64,000 bases of DNA from Macrostomum hystrix (lineage: Eukaryota; Animalia; Platyhelminthes): contig CATNEN010000003.1 of the NCBI GenBank assembly GCA_950097015.1, forward strand, positions 5,580,001-5,644,000, given 5' to 3'. The notes under the pieces were generated by a model, which was given only the letters and a program-made list of their open reading frames with translations, had not been told where the DNA came from and made no database searches. This document shows, in pieces, positions 50,813-63,309 of this stretch. The position numbers and the translations under genes were made by a program. The stretch's first letter is position 1, and every line of letters starts with the position of its first letter.

Positions 50813-52866
50813 ATGTCCACACGAATGTTTGAGCTCATCCTCAACAATGGGCAGCTCTCAAAAACAGACCTGCAATCGCAATATGACATTGCTGGCATCA
50901 TGCAGACTAGCAAGGAGTGGCTGGCATTCGTCAAATGCATCTCACAGGACGATGCTGACGACCTTCGGTTGGCCTCCGAGCACCTCAACTGGAAGGAGTT
51001 CTTGCAGAGCGCCGACATAAGCGGTGCGTGGTCCGATTGTGACTTTGCCGAGACAGCGCCAAAGCTGCTACTGGCTCACAATGCCGAGGTGGGAAATTCA
51101 AAGCACCCGTTTCCGACCAACCCGTTCTTCGTCGCCATCTTCTACAATGCCCAGCGCTGCCTCAAGTTCATGCTCGAGTCCGGCGTCGACTTCTCGACAA
51201 TCAACGACAACGGGTTCACAGCGTATCATGTTCTGATGAGCGCGATCCGGTTCTTGGCTGATGAAAGCGGTGAGAACGCTTCGTGCGTGACTGACGAGTG
51301 CAAGAGCCTCATAAACCTGTTCCATCAGACCCTATTCTCCGTTGAGCAGCAGCAGAGAATGCTGCAGGTGACTTGCAAGCTCGGCATGAGACCTTTGAGT
51401 TGGGGAGTGTTCCTAGGTCTGGCGAACTACGTTGAGTACATGATGGCCTACTGCGTTCCCACTTCAGTCGTTCAGTCCGATGCGGTGGGTCTAAACGAGC
51501 GCATCACGATTGACGTCTCCGACATGATCGGTGAAAACACCTGTTTCTACACGAGTCCGATCTGTGTTCTCCTGGACATGTATGGTCAGAGTACGTTGTC
51601 GGAAATTAAGGCACTCGGTATTTTCCGCACCGGCTTCATTTGGAAGCAGTGGGCCGAGGTGCTCTACGACCGAAATAGATTTTTCACTGCTCTGTTATTG
51701 TCTAACGTGATCTGTCTCACAGTAGCGACAGTGTCAGTTGTTGGTGGCGGTGTCAACGAGTTTCTGAGGGCCAGGTGCTCAGGAAAAAGTTTTCCATTTC
51801 CAGTTGGAGTCATTTTCATTTTGGTTTACTGGTTCTTCTACGCCACCTTTGGCACTGCGGCTAGCGGCTATAGTTTATGGCGGAAGGAACAGTACAGGTG
51901 GGTAAATTAAACTTTCCCTATAACTTAAATTTAATGATTGAGTTTCATAGTTATTTCAAGTTCAAGACGGCTAGAGAATAATTTGCTTCACAATTACTGT
52001 TTCGTTCTAGAAAAAAAATAGGCTATCCAGTGTCGCCTAGGCACGCCCACGTGGACATGCTGTTCTGGTTTCTGCCCTGGATGTTGTCGATTCCTATTTC
52101 GACATTCCTGCTATGGCTCTACATTGATACCAGGAGAAGTTGCATGCTCTTTGGAGAGAACATTTGTGCGGCAAGTGGCTGCTGCATTCTGCTCTTGCTG
52201 CTAACGAGTGTGTCTCTGATTGTAGCTTACCTTCGGCTAGTCCCGTCGCTAACAACACTAATGACAAGCATGTACAAGAGCATCGGCACATTCACGGTGT
52301 TCATCATGCTCTACCTGGTCTTGACTGGTGTTTTTACGCGAATATTTCAAGTGCGTCTATTCTCCGCAGAAATCGATTCGGGTATTGACAGAAGCAATTT
52401 CACTTTCAGCAGTGAAAGCAGAGTCAATATTGTAGACTTCTTCACTGCATTCTACCAGACATTTCTGGTCTCGCTAAACATAATCGACACGAACATGTTT
52501 TCTGCCTCCAGCGATCGAGTAGACATGAAAATCACGCACATGATCTACATCCTGTTTGTTCCTGTACTGTTTTTAAACTTCGCCATCGGCATCCTGGCAT
52601 CGGTGGTATCGCATGTCCACGAGCACAGCGCAGAGAACCGGTACCTTCTGATCCTGTCCGTGGCGGAGTTCTCAGAAATGATTCTGTCGCCAACTCGCTC
52701 GGCGATGCGCAAGCTGCTCGGTCGCAACGGTGATCAGATTGTGCTCCGATGCTGCAGGCCGATGAGCAAGAGAAGTCGGCTGCTGGCAATGAACAGGGAT
52801 CTATTGTCTACGGTTTGTGAGGCTAAAAAGTTTTCAAAAGAGATTAGCGTCGGCGCCCAATACTAA
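50813..52866 (+). CDS. Divergent TRPV-like 6TM cation channel, copy 1; exons 50813-51897, 52011-52866
   Basis: Degenerate ankyrin repeats (NPFFVAIFYNAQRCLKFMLESG, NGFTAYHVL, GMRPLSWG), six hydrophobic segments, pore FYQTFLVSLNIID and S6 VLFLNFAIGIL, aligning gaplessly by eye to TRPV5/6. Single phase-2 intron. Confidence 0.75.
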
Positions 52867-53302
52867 ATCAGTCTGCTCTAATTGATGAACTCTTTTTTGT
52901 GTGTATAAAAAGGCTTTCTATTCATCTTTTATACAAAAACGTGAAACAACAAGACACCAGACATTACACTTCTCATAAGTAACTAAGCGATTCATACTGC
53001 AAATATTATTTCAACTGAAAACATTGTACACATTTTAGTCACCATAGCCTAATAATTACCACTGAGCCAACTCAAACCATTTTTTCTTCTCGTGTGAAAT
53101 ATTCAAATCGCTGTTAACCAATGGCCAGTAATCTTCACTAACCGCACTTAAGGGCTAACCAATGAAGCTATGCCATCCAGATTTAAAACTGCATCGTATG
53201 TGAGTATTTAAACAAAATCTCAGAAATCGATTGCAGTCGTCCATACTTCGTTGTTGCAAACAAGGCCCTACAAAACCATAAAAGCCATCGACAATTGCAA
53301 GC

Positions 53303-55640
53303 ATGGCCAAGGTGCACGAAGGGCTGCCAAATCGAATCGATTCGAGAATGGAAATTACAAAGCAAATTTCAAGCAGAAAACAGTGGCTGGCTTTCGTCAA
53401 GTGCATCGCGCAGGACAATGTGGACGACTTGCAGTCGGCTTCAAAACACCTCAACTGGACGGACTTCCTGCAGAGCACCGACGCCAGTGCCGCATGGTCT
53501 GAATGTGACTCGAGCTTCACTCACGCCTTCAAAGTCGGCGACTCAAAGCACCCGATGCCGACCAACCCGTTCTTCGTCGCCATCTTCTACAATGCCCAGC
53601 GCTGCCTCAAGTTCATGCTCGAGTCCGGCGTCGACTTCTCGACAATCAACGACAACGGGTTCACAGCGTATCATGTTCTGATGAGCGCGATCCGGTTCTT
53701 GGCTGATGAAAGCGGTGAGAACGCTTCGTGCGTGACTGACGAGTGCAAGAGCCTCATAAACCTGTTCCATCAGACCCTGTTCTCCGTTGAGCAGCAGCAG
53801 AGAATGCTGCAGGTGACTTGCAAGCTCGGCATGAGACCTTTGAGTTGGGGAGTGTTCCTAGGTCTGGCGAACTACGTGGAGTACGTGATGGCCTACTGCG
53901 TTCCCACTTCAGTCGTTCAGTCCGATGCGGTGGGTCTAAACGAGCGCATCACGATTGACGTCTCCGACATGACAGGCGAAAATCCGGCCTTCTTCACGAG
54001 TCCGATCAGCGTTCTGCTGGATGTCTACGGCGAGAACTCACTGGCAGAGATCAAAGCAGTCGGCATCTTTCGGACTGGCTTTTTCTGGAAGCAATGGGTT
54101 GAGGCTCTGTATAATCGTAATCGACTGCTTTTTGTGATGTTATTCATCAATATTTTTGCTCTGTCCCTGCTGAGTGTTACCTTCTCTGGAGCCAATCTGA
54201 ATGACTATCTTAGAAGTCGATGCGCTAATGAACTGCACGCGCCTCCCTACGGACTTTTAGCAGTTTTGGTTAACTGGCTGCTTTCTGGACTCTTTGGACT
54301 GTTCTGCATCATCTATGGTCTCATGCGAAAGGAGCGGTATCGGTAAGTTGTTCATTGTTGTAAGCTGTTCATTATTTTGGCTGCGGGTCTATAGTGTTGC
54401 TTAATTGTGTGCCAGTGCCCACGGCGTTCCTGGAAATATTATTATTATTAATATTATATATTTACCAAGTAGAGTAAAGAAGTTTTTTATTACTTATAGT
54501 GCGTCAGGAGAAAACTAAAATAAAGTAGAAATGAGACCTAGCTGAGTTGGGCCAGATGCACAGCCAGACAGCCGCAGCTAATTCTTGGCGCTTCTAAAGG
54601 TTGCGTAAAGCTGTTCAGTCCATGGACTGGTTGGCCGCCACACCTTCTATTCCGGGTCTTGCTCATGGGCAAACATTTTTTTTGGGCCTAGAGACTAGAA
54701 CTCTCGACCTGTCAGTCAAACTTCTGAAGCTCTAACCACAGGACTGTAAGCTCTCTTAGAAGGAATAAATCAGTATTGTCTCGCCATGGTATATTGTTTT
54801 TTCAGCCTGTCTGTTGGCTATCCTTGTACGCCGAGAAAAGGCCTAGCCGACATTGTCGCCTGGTACCTGCCCATTGCATTCTCGACTCCCACCTCATGCT
54901 TCCTTCTATGGCTCTACCTGGACACTGATAGAAGCTGCGTCACATTTGGTGTGCAAATTTACCAAGTCAGTGGCTGCTGTATCATGCTGCTTCTAGTGGC
55001 AGCCAATTCATTGTTAATTAGCTACCTGCGTCATATTCGATGCCTCATCACAATTATGAGCAGTCTGTACAGAAGCATTGTTGCTTTTGGACTATTTGTC
55101 CTGATGTACATGATGCTCGTTGGTGTGTTTGCTCGTATATTTCAATCGAGTTTTGCTTTTTCAAAAGCGTTAAACTCGACCAGCACACGACCTGACGACA
55201 TCTACGAGTTTCTCAAAGCCTACTATCAGACCTTTCTGGTTTCGCTAAACATTGTGGACCCTGGAGTATTTTATGCAGCTGGTGATCGAATCGACCTGGT
55301 CATCACTCACGTTTTCTACATCCTGTTTGTCCCTGTTCTGTTCATCAACTTCGTAATTGGCATTCTGTCGTCCATTGCGTCGCATGTACAGGAGCACAGT
55401 GTCGAAAATCGCTACATGCTGATGCTAGTCGTGGCGGAATTTGCAGAAACTTGCTTTTTCATTCGACACAAGCTGACTTTGTGGTGCCAGCCTCGGCAGG
55501 AGATTTTGATCTGTCTCTGCAGACCAGTCAGCAAACACAGCAGACTTATAACGAAGTGCAATGACTCATTTGAGTCTGCGCTGGGTGAGTTGAGTTACGA
55601 ATTGCCGACCTATTCAATCTATCGGTACGCATTAAATTAA
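53303..55640 (+). CDS. Divergent TRPV-like channel, copy 2; exons 53303-54342, 54806-55640
   Basis: Paralog of copy 1 with the same intron position (YR|..GYP); pore YYQTFLVSLNIVD. Confidence 0.75.
54540..54748 (-). mobile_element. SINE family B, diverged copy in the copy-2 intron
   Basis: TGGGCCAGATGCACAGCCAGACAGCCGCAGCT..GCTGTTCAGTCCATGGACTG..GCTCTAACCAC. Confidence 0.65.
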
Positions 55641-56624
55641 TGGTATCGTTGCATCGCTTTAACACTCGTTTTTCAGAACCTGACACTAACAGCGGAATTG
55701 TAATTTCTAATTTATCAGACGAAGAATTCCAATCACAGACAACTGCTTGTTAGATTGTGGATTTTTGACTACTAAATTTTTACCAAAAACTTGATTAAGA
55801 TGTGTACAGTAAAAAACAAACTCATATCCAGACTCTATATATTAATTATGATTATTTTACGCATATGTCTATGGCAAATCCGTGCTTTTTCTAGAACTTT
55901 AACTATAAGAACACGTAGTAGTTTTTTTAAATGAACTCTTGTTTATCGATCTGATTGTGTTTCTTCCAATAACTCTTTGGCTTAAAATTAAGTCGATAAA
56001 TTCGTCATTTACGACACTCAGAGTCAGAGACCGAATGTAATAATCCGGAGCTTTAGCTTTTCTTCTTCTTATAACTGACGTACGGCTAGTTTTACTAAAA
56101 TCTATCTTTAATTACACTTGATCACTATTTTTCACTATACAATTAACGAAATACACAGCCAAATATCACAAACAATTGTCTCTGACATTAATTAATTTAG
56201 TGGAACTTTGTGCCGCCAATGCAAAATAACTTGATAGCTCTTCATTATCTGTGCAGTTTCTGCTGCATTCCATCAGGAGTCTCATTGTTCTGCGGTTGAG
56301 ATTATAGATTACTGATTGGGATTCTAACTATAATTAAGTGTGGCAATTCGTCAATTTGTCCGGCCGTCAGACAATAGACCCAATTACAAAACTGATTTGA
56401 TGAATAAAATGATCAGATTGAGTTATAAAGCACGGAAATGAATAAGCTAATTGTTTAGTTTTACAGGGCCTGGTAGTTAATAAAGTACATATATATTTGA
56501 GTGGCTACTCAGACTCTGCAGCTCTCTTTAAGGAGACGTTCAATTAGTACAACACAAGAACTGGCTTGAATACCTGTCAGATATTTCAACTACGACTATA
56601 TTGTTCGATTTCCTTTGTTTAGTC

Positions 56625-56840
56625 CAGGGGTAGGCAAACTTATTTGCTGGCGGGCCAAAGAGAGAACCTAAAAGACGACAGCGGGCCGCATTAACTGCAT
56701 AAATATGAGATAGGGGAGAGATGAGATTAGACACGGGAGAGATGAAACAGGACTCTGTAGATGTCAGAAGGGGCAACGGGCCGGATTTGGGAGCTTCGAG
56801 GGCGGCATCTGGCCCGCGTGCCGGAGTTTGCCGACCCCTG
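56625..56840. mobile_element. hAT/Charlie-like MITE
   Basis: TIR CAGGGGTAGGCAAACT...AGTTTGCCGACCCCTG; 8-bp TSD GTTTAGTC/CTTTAGTC (7/8); GGGCCG subterminal motifs. Confidence 0.85.
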
Positions 56841-57507
56841 CTTTAGTCTGTTGTGTATTGTTCGCGTCAATACTTAGAAAATGTTATACTCTCTGCTTCC
56901 GCGTTGTCAGGTGCATACCATTGTTGGATGCTCTGGAAGTTTCAAGATGTGTTTAAATAATGGAACATCTAAAATCTGAAATTCCAATATATTCCAATAT
57001 TCCAATGTTCCAATATATTTAATCCACTGAGCTAGCAACAAAAGCTAAATTGTACAGCATTTATTGGTAATTTAGAGTTCTTCCTGTTCGGTTTTTAGCC
57101 ACCTAAATGGTCAGCAAGAGCAGCAAATGCAGATAAAAAACTTAACTTCAATTTAAATTGCATAATCCAGTCAAATGAAACTTCGTTCAAAGTGCACCTT
57201 TTCCTCAATCATATCGGGATATGGCTGTGTAAAACGTAAGAACATCTGATTATTGAGGATCAATAAAGCGGTCGCTTGACCCCGAGTAAACGCTATGCAA
57301 ACTGGTCTTGACCAATCGAGGCGAAGCGATAACCAGTTTGGCACTGGAAGCCAATGGTTAGTAACTTACCAAGGATAAATTTCTCATTAATAATTGAGTG
57401 ACATTCGATTATCAACTGAAGTTAAGCTGGTAGAGCCAGGACTAAGTTCTACGCTCGCAGTTGTAAAATACAGTGGTCAGAAAAAATATTGTTACAATTG
57501 ATTGTAA

Positions 57508-59865
57508 ATGACTTCTAAAGTAATCCAAGTGACGGAAAGAAGCTGCAAAAGCTTGAAGCTTAACGCCTCAGTGAATGCTTCCAAAATCCCCCTAAGCCAA
57601 AAACAGTGGCTGGCTTTCGTCAAGCTAATCGCGAATGATCACGTCGATGAGTTGAGATCGGCTTCAAAACACCTCAACTGGACGGACTTCCTGCAGAGCA
57701 CCGACGCCAATGCCGCATGGTCTGAATGTGACTCGAGCTTCACTCACGCCTTCAAAGTCGGCGACTCAAAGCACCCGATGCCGACCAACCCGTTCTTCGT
57801 CGCCATCTTCTACAATGCCCAGCGCTGCCTCAAGTTCATGCTCGAGTCCGGCATCGACTTCTCGACAATCAACGACAACGGGTTCACAGCTTATCATGTT
57901 CTGATGAGCGCGATCCGGTTCTTGGCTGATGAGAGCTGTGAAAACGCTTCGTGCGTGACTGACGAGTGCAAGAGCCTCATAAACCTGTTCCATCAGACCC
58001 TGTTCTCCGTTGAGCAGCAGCAGAGAATGCTGCAGGTGACTTGCAAGCTCGGCATGAGACCTTTGAGTTGGGGAGTGTTCCTAGGTCTGGCGAACTACGT
58101 GGAGTACGTGATGGCCTACTGCGTTCCCACTTCAGTCGTTCAGTCCGATGCGGTGGGTCTAAACGAGCGCATCACGATTGACGTCTCCGACATGACAGGT
58201 AAAAATCCGGCCTTCTTCACGAGTCCGATCAGCGTTCTGCTGGATGTCTATAGTCAAACCACTTTGACGGAGATCAAGAGAATCGGCATTTTTCGTACAG
58301 GTTTTATTTGGAAGCAGTGGGTTGAAGCCCTGTACAATCGAGGCCGAAAGTTCAGTGCAACATTTTTCCTCAATGCAATCTTTCTGACCATCGGCAGTGC
58401 AGCGTTTTCCGGCGCGAATGTGAATGACTATCTCCGCAATCGCTGTGCAAGTCAAGCCTACACGTTTCCTTTCGCACTCACTGTTATTCTCATCGACTGG
58501 CTGGCTACTGGGTTTTTAGGCTTCGTTGGAATTGCATACGGGATTGCGCGTAAGGAAAGCTACAGGTAGGGCGATCGACCAAGGATGCTGCCCTTTAGAT
58601 TTGTAGAAGAATATTGAAAATCATATTTTAAGCGTCAAATTGCCAGTACCATGTTCGATTTAAAACCAAGCTTATAATTTTTTTGTTTTTTAAATGTTTG
58701 GATGAGGTTGTAGCCTAGCCCTTAGAGCGTCATACTTACGACTTGAAGATCCGGGGTTCGATTCCTGTGATTCCACTGAAACAGTTTGTGTTCTTTAGCA
58801 AGACACGTAACTCTGCATTGCTTCAATTCATCCAGCTGGGTTAATTAAGGGTGGGTGTGGTGTCCTCCCAGTCCATGGACTGAACAGCCCTATACGAATC
58901 CTTCATATGGTCGCACAATTGCTGTCGGCTGCACATTTGGCCGAATTTGGGCAGGTGTAATCAATGATTACTATTATCAATTATCATTAAGCGATGAATA
59001 ATGAATTAATGAAAGCGTTATTTTTGTAATGTTATAGCTTTTTACTTTCAGAAAGTCCGTTGGGTATCCCAGAGCACCAAGGCGTGGTTTAAACGACATC
59101 CTTTATTGGTACCTGCCATACGTCTGGGCATGCCCAACAACCAGCCTCCTGCTCTGGCTCTACCTCGATCCTGACAGAAGTTGCGCTTTACTAGGCGATA
59201 AGATCTACCCAGTCAGTGGCTGCTGCATTTTGATCCTGCTTGTAGCCGCCATTTCTCTCCTAGTCAGCTACCTTCGCTTGCTTCCATGCCTGACCACCAT
59301 GATGAGCAGTCTGTACAGAAGCTTGCTCGCGTTTACATTTTTCATCATGATGTACATGATGCTGACCGGATTCTATGCCAGAATATTTCAGTCCAGCTTC
59401 GTCTTTTCGAGAGCGTCAAACTCATCCAGCACACGACCTGACGACATCTACGAGTTTCTCAAAGCCTACTATCAGACCTTTCTGGTTTCGCTAAACATTG
59501 TGGACCCTGGAGTATTTTATGCAGCTGGCGATCGAATCGACCTGGTCATCACTCACGTTTGCTACATCCTGTTTGTCCCTGTTCTGTTCATCAACTTCGT
59601 AATTGGCATTCTGTCGTCCATTGCGTCGCATGTACAGGACCACAGTGTCGAAAATCGCTACATGCTGATGCTAGTCGTGGCGGAATTCAGCGAGACGATT
59701 CTAGTTGTGCTCCACCGGATGTGCGACAGATGCTTCGGTCGGCAAGAAATCAAAATTAAACTCTGCAGGCCCATGAAGAAGCAAAGTAGACTTCTTGAGC
59801 ACTGCAATGAGTCTCTTGAATCGTTGCTCTGTGAGAGAAGCACGCTCGATACTCATCACTTCTAA
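57508..59865 (+). CDS. Divergent TRPV-like channel, copy 3; exons 57508-58565, 59052-59865
   Basis: Paralog of copies 1 and 2 with the same intron position (AG|GTAGGG...TTTCAG|A) and an intact frame. Confidence 0.75.
58706..58975 (+). mobile_element. SINE family B, near full length, in the copy-3 intron
   Basis: GTTGTAGCCTAG..TTAGAGCGTC..GGTTCGATTCC..CCAGTCCATGGACTGAACAG..GTGTAATCAAT. Confidence 0.8.
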
Positions 59866-61107
59866 GTGCAAGTCTATTTGCTGTCATTCGATGACGATCC
59901 AGGGATCGAGTTACACCCTGGTAGTTTTTGTTGAAAAATTCAGTAATAAATTGTACTGAATAGTACGACGTCGAAAACGTTATGAATATTACGCAGATTT
60001 CTCTACTTTGTAAGTACATTATAAGTACTTTTTCATTGTATTGCATTGCAATGAGAAAGAACCTCGACTTCTATTCTTAAAGTTGTATTTTCTCTATTAA
60101 TTTCATTTCATAATTTCATAGAACATTATAAATTTAAACTTTTCAACCATTTATAATGACATGAAAATGTTTTCAACAATAAATAGCTATTCAATTCTGC
60201 AATTAAAAGATAATTTCTCCAACCTAAACGCTAGCCTTTTAGTTTCATTTCTTAGAAAGTACATAGCGTACATATCGTACCAGGAATCGTAGCTAGAGGG
60301 TAGCTAGAATCGTACTAGGAATCGTAGCTAGGGGGTGTAGCTATAATCGAAGCTAGAATCGTACCAGGAATCGTAGCTAGGAAGGTAGCTAGAATCGTAT
60401 TAGGAATCGTAGCTAGAATCGTACCAGAAATCGTAGCTAGAGGGTAGCTAGAATCGTACTAGGAATCGTAGCTAGGGGGTGTAGCTAGAATCGAAGCTAG
60501 AATCGTACCAGGAATCGTAGCTAGAGGGTAGCTAGAATCGTACTAGGAATCGTAGCTAGGGGTGTAGCTAGAATCGAAGCTAGAATCGTACCAGGAATCG
60601 TAGCTAGGAAGGCACGCTCGATACTCATCACTTCTAAGTGCAAGTCTATTTGCTGTCATTCGATGACGATCCAGGGATTATGATTGTAGGTAGCTGAGGC
60701 AGGGATTACGATCCAGGGACATCGAGTTACCCCCCTGGTAGTTTTTGTTGAAAAATTCAGTACTATAATAGTACTGAATAGTACGACGTCGATAATGGCG
60801 TCGACGTCGAAAACGGTATGAATATTACGCAGATTTCTCTGCTTTGTAAGTACATTATAAGTACTTTTTCATTGTATTGCATTGCAATGAGAAAGAACCT
60901 CGACTTCTATTCTTAAAGTTGTATTTTCTCTATTAATTTCATTTCATAATTTCATAGAACATTATAAATTTAAACTTTTCAACCATTTATAATGACATGA
61001 AAATTTTTTCAACAATAAATTGCTATTCAATTCTTCAATTAAAAGATAATTTCTCCAACCTAAACGCTAGCCTTTTAGTTTCATTTCTTAGAAAGTACAT
61101 AGCGTAC
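59840..61107 (+). repeat. ~430-bp direct duplication (59840-60271 and 60612-61107) separated by a GAATCGTAGCTA satellite block (60275-60611)
   Basis: GCACGCTCGATACTCATCACTTCTAAG...ACATAGCGTAC occurs twice. The second copy carries short insertions. Confidence 0.92.
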
Positions 61108-61962
61108 TACGATTATACTCTCTATAGGAAAGCTACATCATATTGAAAGAGCACTGGGTTTTTTGCCTAAAAATGTTCAGAGTTTGCTCGTGCACGTTAA
61201 ATACACAAGGCCGTGGCTTCTGTACAGTTAAAATTAACTGTTTGTCCAAAAACGCGAACAAACACGAATCTAAGAGTTTAGGTAGGTAGCGATTGAGTCT
61301 GAGCAAATAAGTATGGATCACCAGCCCGATCTTTGTTCATAATTAATTACACAAGTCCGTTTGTCCGCGCACCTCAAATACAAATCAGAGTCAGTGTGAT
61401 TTATGACAGAATATTGCGATCGCTTGTGTTTGCTTATTATAGTTTCTGCTGGTACCGCAGCCAGACAAGCAGGAAGTCTCTTTATCTTAGTTGTACATAA
61501 CAGTCATGAATCGGTAACTAAGCTATGTACGAAATGCAATGATCCTTAATATGTACCAAAACTCAAGAGGCTGCAATTCTTCTGTTTCACCTCAACACTC
61601 AAAATAACTGCATGCACATTTAGCTATCCATGCGGGATAGTTTAACCATGTCACATAGATAAATATGACCTTTCATGCCTGTGGCTGTGTTACTTTTTAA
61701 TCTTTGAGATAAAAGCAACAACTCAGCATATCATTTTTGAGGTGCTTGATCATTGACATAGCGCGAAGAGGACACAGATAATTATTAAATCGAGCATCAC
61801 CGGAAAGTCAAGGCGAACATTATTGGCAAAGTCACCTATGATAGTGGTTGCAGCTATTTTTTGTTGTAAAAATTAATTAGAATCAAACCTTAATTAATTA
61901 GAATTAATTTATCAAAATTGTCATCTCATCAGCAAATCATTCTTTTAAAAATGTAATAACGA

Positions 61963-63309
61963 TCATCCTTCGAGTAGATTTGCCATATCCACCACGCCTA
62001 GGCCCATTAGTATGTCCCACAATATCAGGCGGCCGGAGACCATGTAGCTCTGGCTCACGACCGACACGGATGCCACAGTAGGTAGCTGAGGCAGGTTAGA
62101 CCAATGGGACCTTAATTGAAGCAGGAACTCATCAGTCAGACCCAGGTCATGCAGGCCATCTTGAAGTTTTCGCAGGTTTTCAGACGGAAGAGTGCTCATG
62201 GGTTCGAGAAGACGGCAATGTCTTCGCAGTAGGCTCCTAACAGAGCAGCTGAGAGTCACCTGCAGCCACATGTCGAGGTGCTCGTGCAAGTCGATGCCAA
62301 CTAGACAATGTTGCAAAAGAAAGCGACACGCATCAACAGATTCTGCTCTGGCGGCCAAAGCCAAGGGCGTCAAGCGATCGCCAGCGCTTTGGCGGAGGTC
62401 CCAGTCAAGTTCAAGGCTCTGTCGGAGCGAAAATTCGTGAACGGCCTTCAGCATCAGGATTTTATTTTCGCGGGCCATGTAGTGAAGTGCCGAGAAGCCA
62501 TCGCAGTCGCTGGTATATAGAGCAGCAGTGAAGCATGCCGGAGCCAGCTCGTGTCGGTTCAGCAGGTCGGCCAGCGAATCCAGGATCAAATCCAGGATCC
62601 TGCTACTAGATCCAAGTGCACACAGGTGCAGGCAATTCCTTCCGCTAGCGTTGTAGTGAAAGCAGACAAAGCGACTAAATTGAAGATCTAGAAGTTGCTG
62701 TGCAACAGCTTCGACTCCGCCAGCAATGGCCAGCATCAGCGCATCATCGCCGCTAGATGTGCGATGAAGAAGGGCTCTGGGATTCCTGCGAGCGGCCAAA
62801 TCCAGTAGATGCGCTGCTGCTCTCCATTTGCCTTGAACTAGTGCCGCTTCAATAGGCGTCCGACCTTGGCGATTCAGCACACTAAGCAGCTCTGGCGTCT
62901 GCTCCAACAAATTCGTGATGACAGCGACCGAGTTACCATCAGACTCGCTGTAGTTGAAGTAGGCGCACTTCACAGCCAAATAGTAACGCCGCAGCGAATC
63001 CAAATGTTCTCGAAGGAAAATAATCGCGTCGGGTTTATCTGCCACCGTCGCGTTCTGCGCGTCAATCGTTCTGCATTCCATTTTTCTTTTTTCATAACTG
63101 CCGTAGGCTGCAAGCCCTTTCGAAAATTTTGGCAACTGTTCGTATCTTATGGTCACAGAATCAGTTTCGTGCTGTACATGATGAGTCATGTCTAAGACTT
63201 CCAACACTCCAAATAGCACTCCTAACATGTACCTTAAGAGACTCGGTTGTCGCTCAAACTGATTTCGAGACACGTTGAGGCTATCCCCGCCAACGCGAGA
63301 GAAAATTTT
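61963..63309 (-). CDS. Ankyrin-repeat protein, last coding exon (probable upstream exon 63833->64000)
   Basis: GRTPIEAAL, GDDALMLAIAGG, GRNCLHLCA, GFSALHYMAREN, LTPLALAARAE. In-frame acceptor TTTTAG at 63310; candidate phase-0 donor TTG|GTAGAT at 63832. Confidence 0.75.
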   Translation of the reverse strand, partial: KIFSRVGGDSLNVSRNQFERQPSLLRYMLGVLFGVLEVLDMTHHVQHETDSVTIRYEQLPKFSKGLAAYGSYEKRKMECRTIDAQNATVADKPDAIIFLREHLDSLRRYYLAVKCAYFNYSESDGNSVAVITNLLEQTPELLSVLNRQGRTPIEAALVQGKWRAAAHLLDLAARRNPRALLHRTSSGDDALMLAIAGGVEAVAQQLLDLQFSRFVCFHYNASGRNCLHLCALGSSSRILDLILDSLADLLNRHELAPACFTAALYTSDCDGFSALHYMARENKILMLKAVHEFSLRQSLELDWDLRQSAGDRLTPLALAARAESVDACRFLLQHCLVGIDLHEHLDMWLQVTLSCSVRSLLRRHCRLLEPMSTLPSENLRKLQDGLHDLGLTDEFLLQLRSHWSNLPQLPTVASVSVVSQSYMVSGRLILWDILMGLGVVDMANLLEG

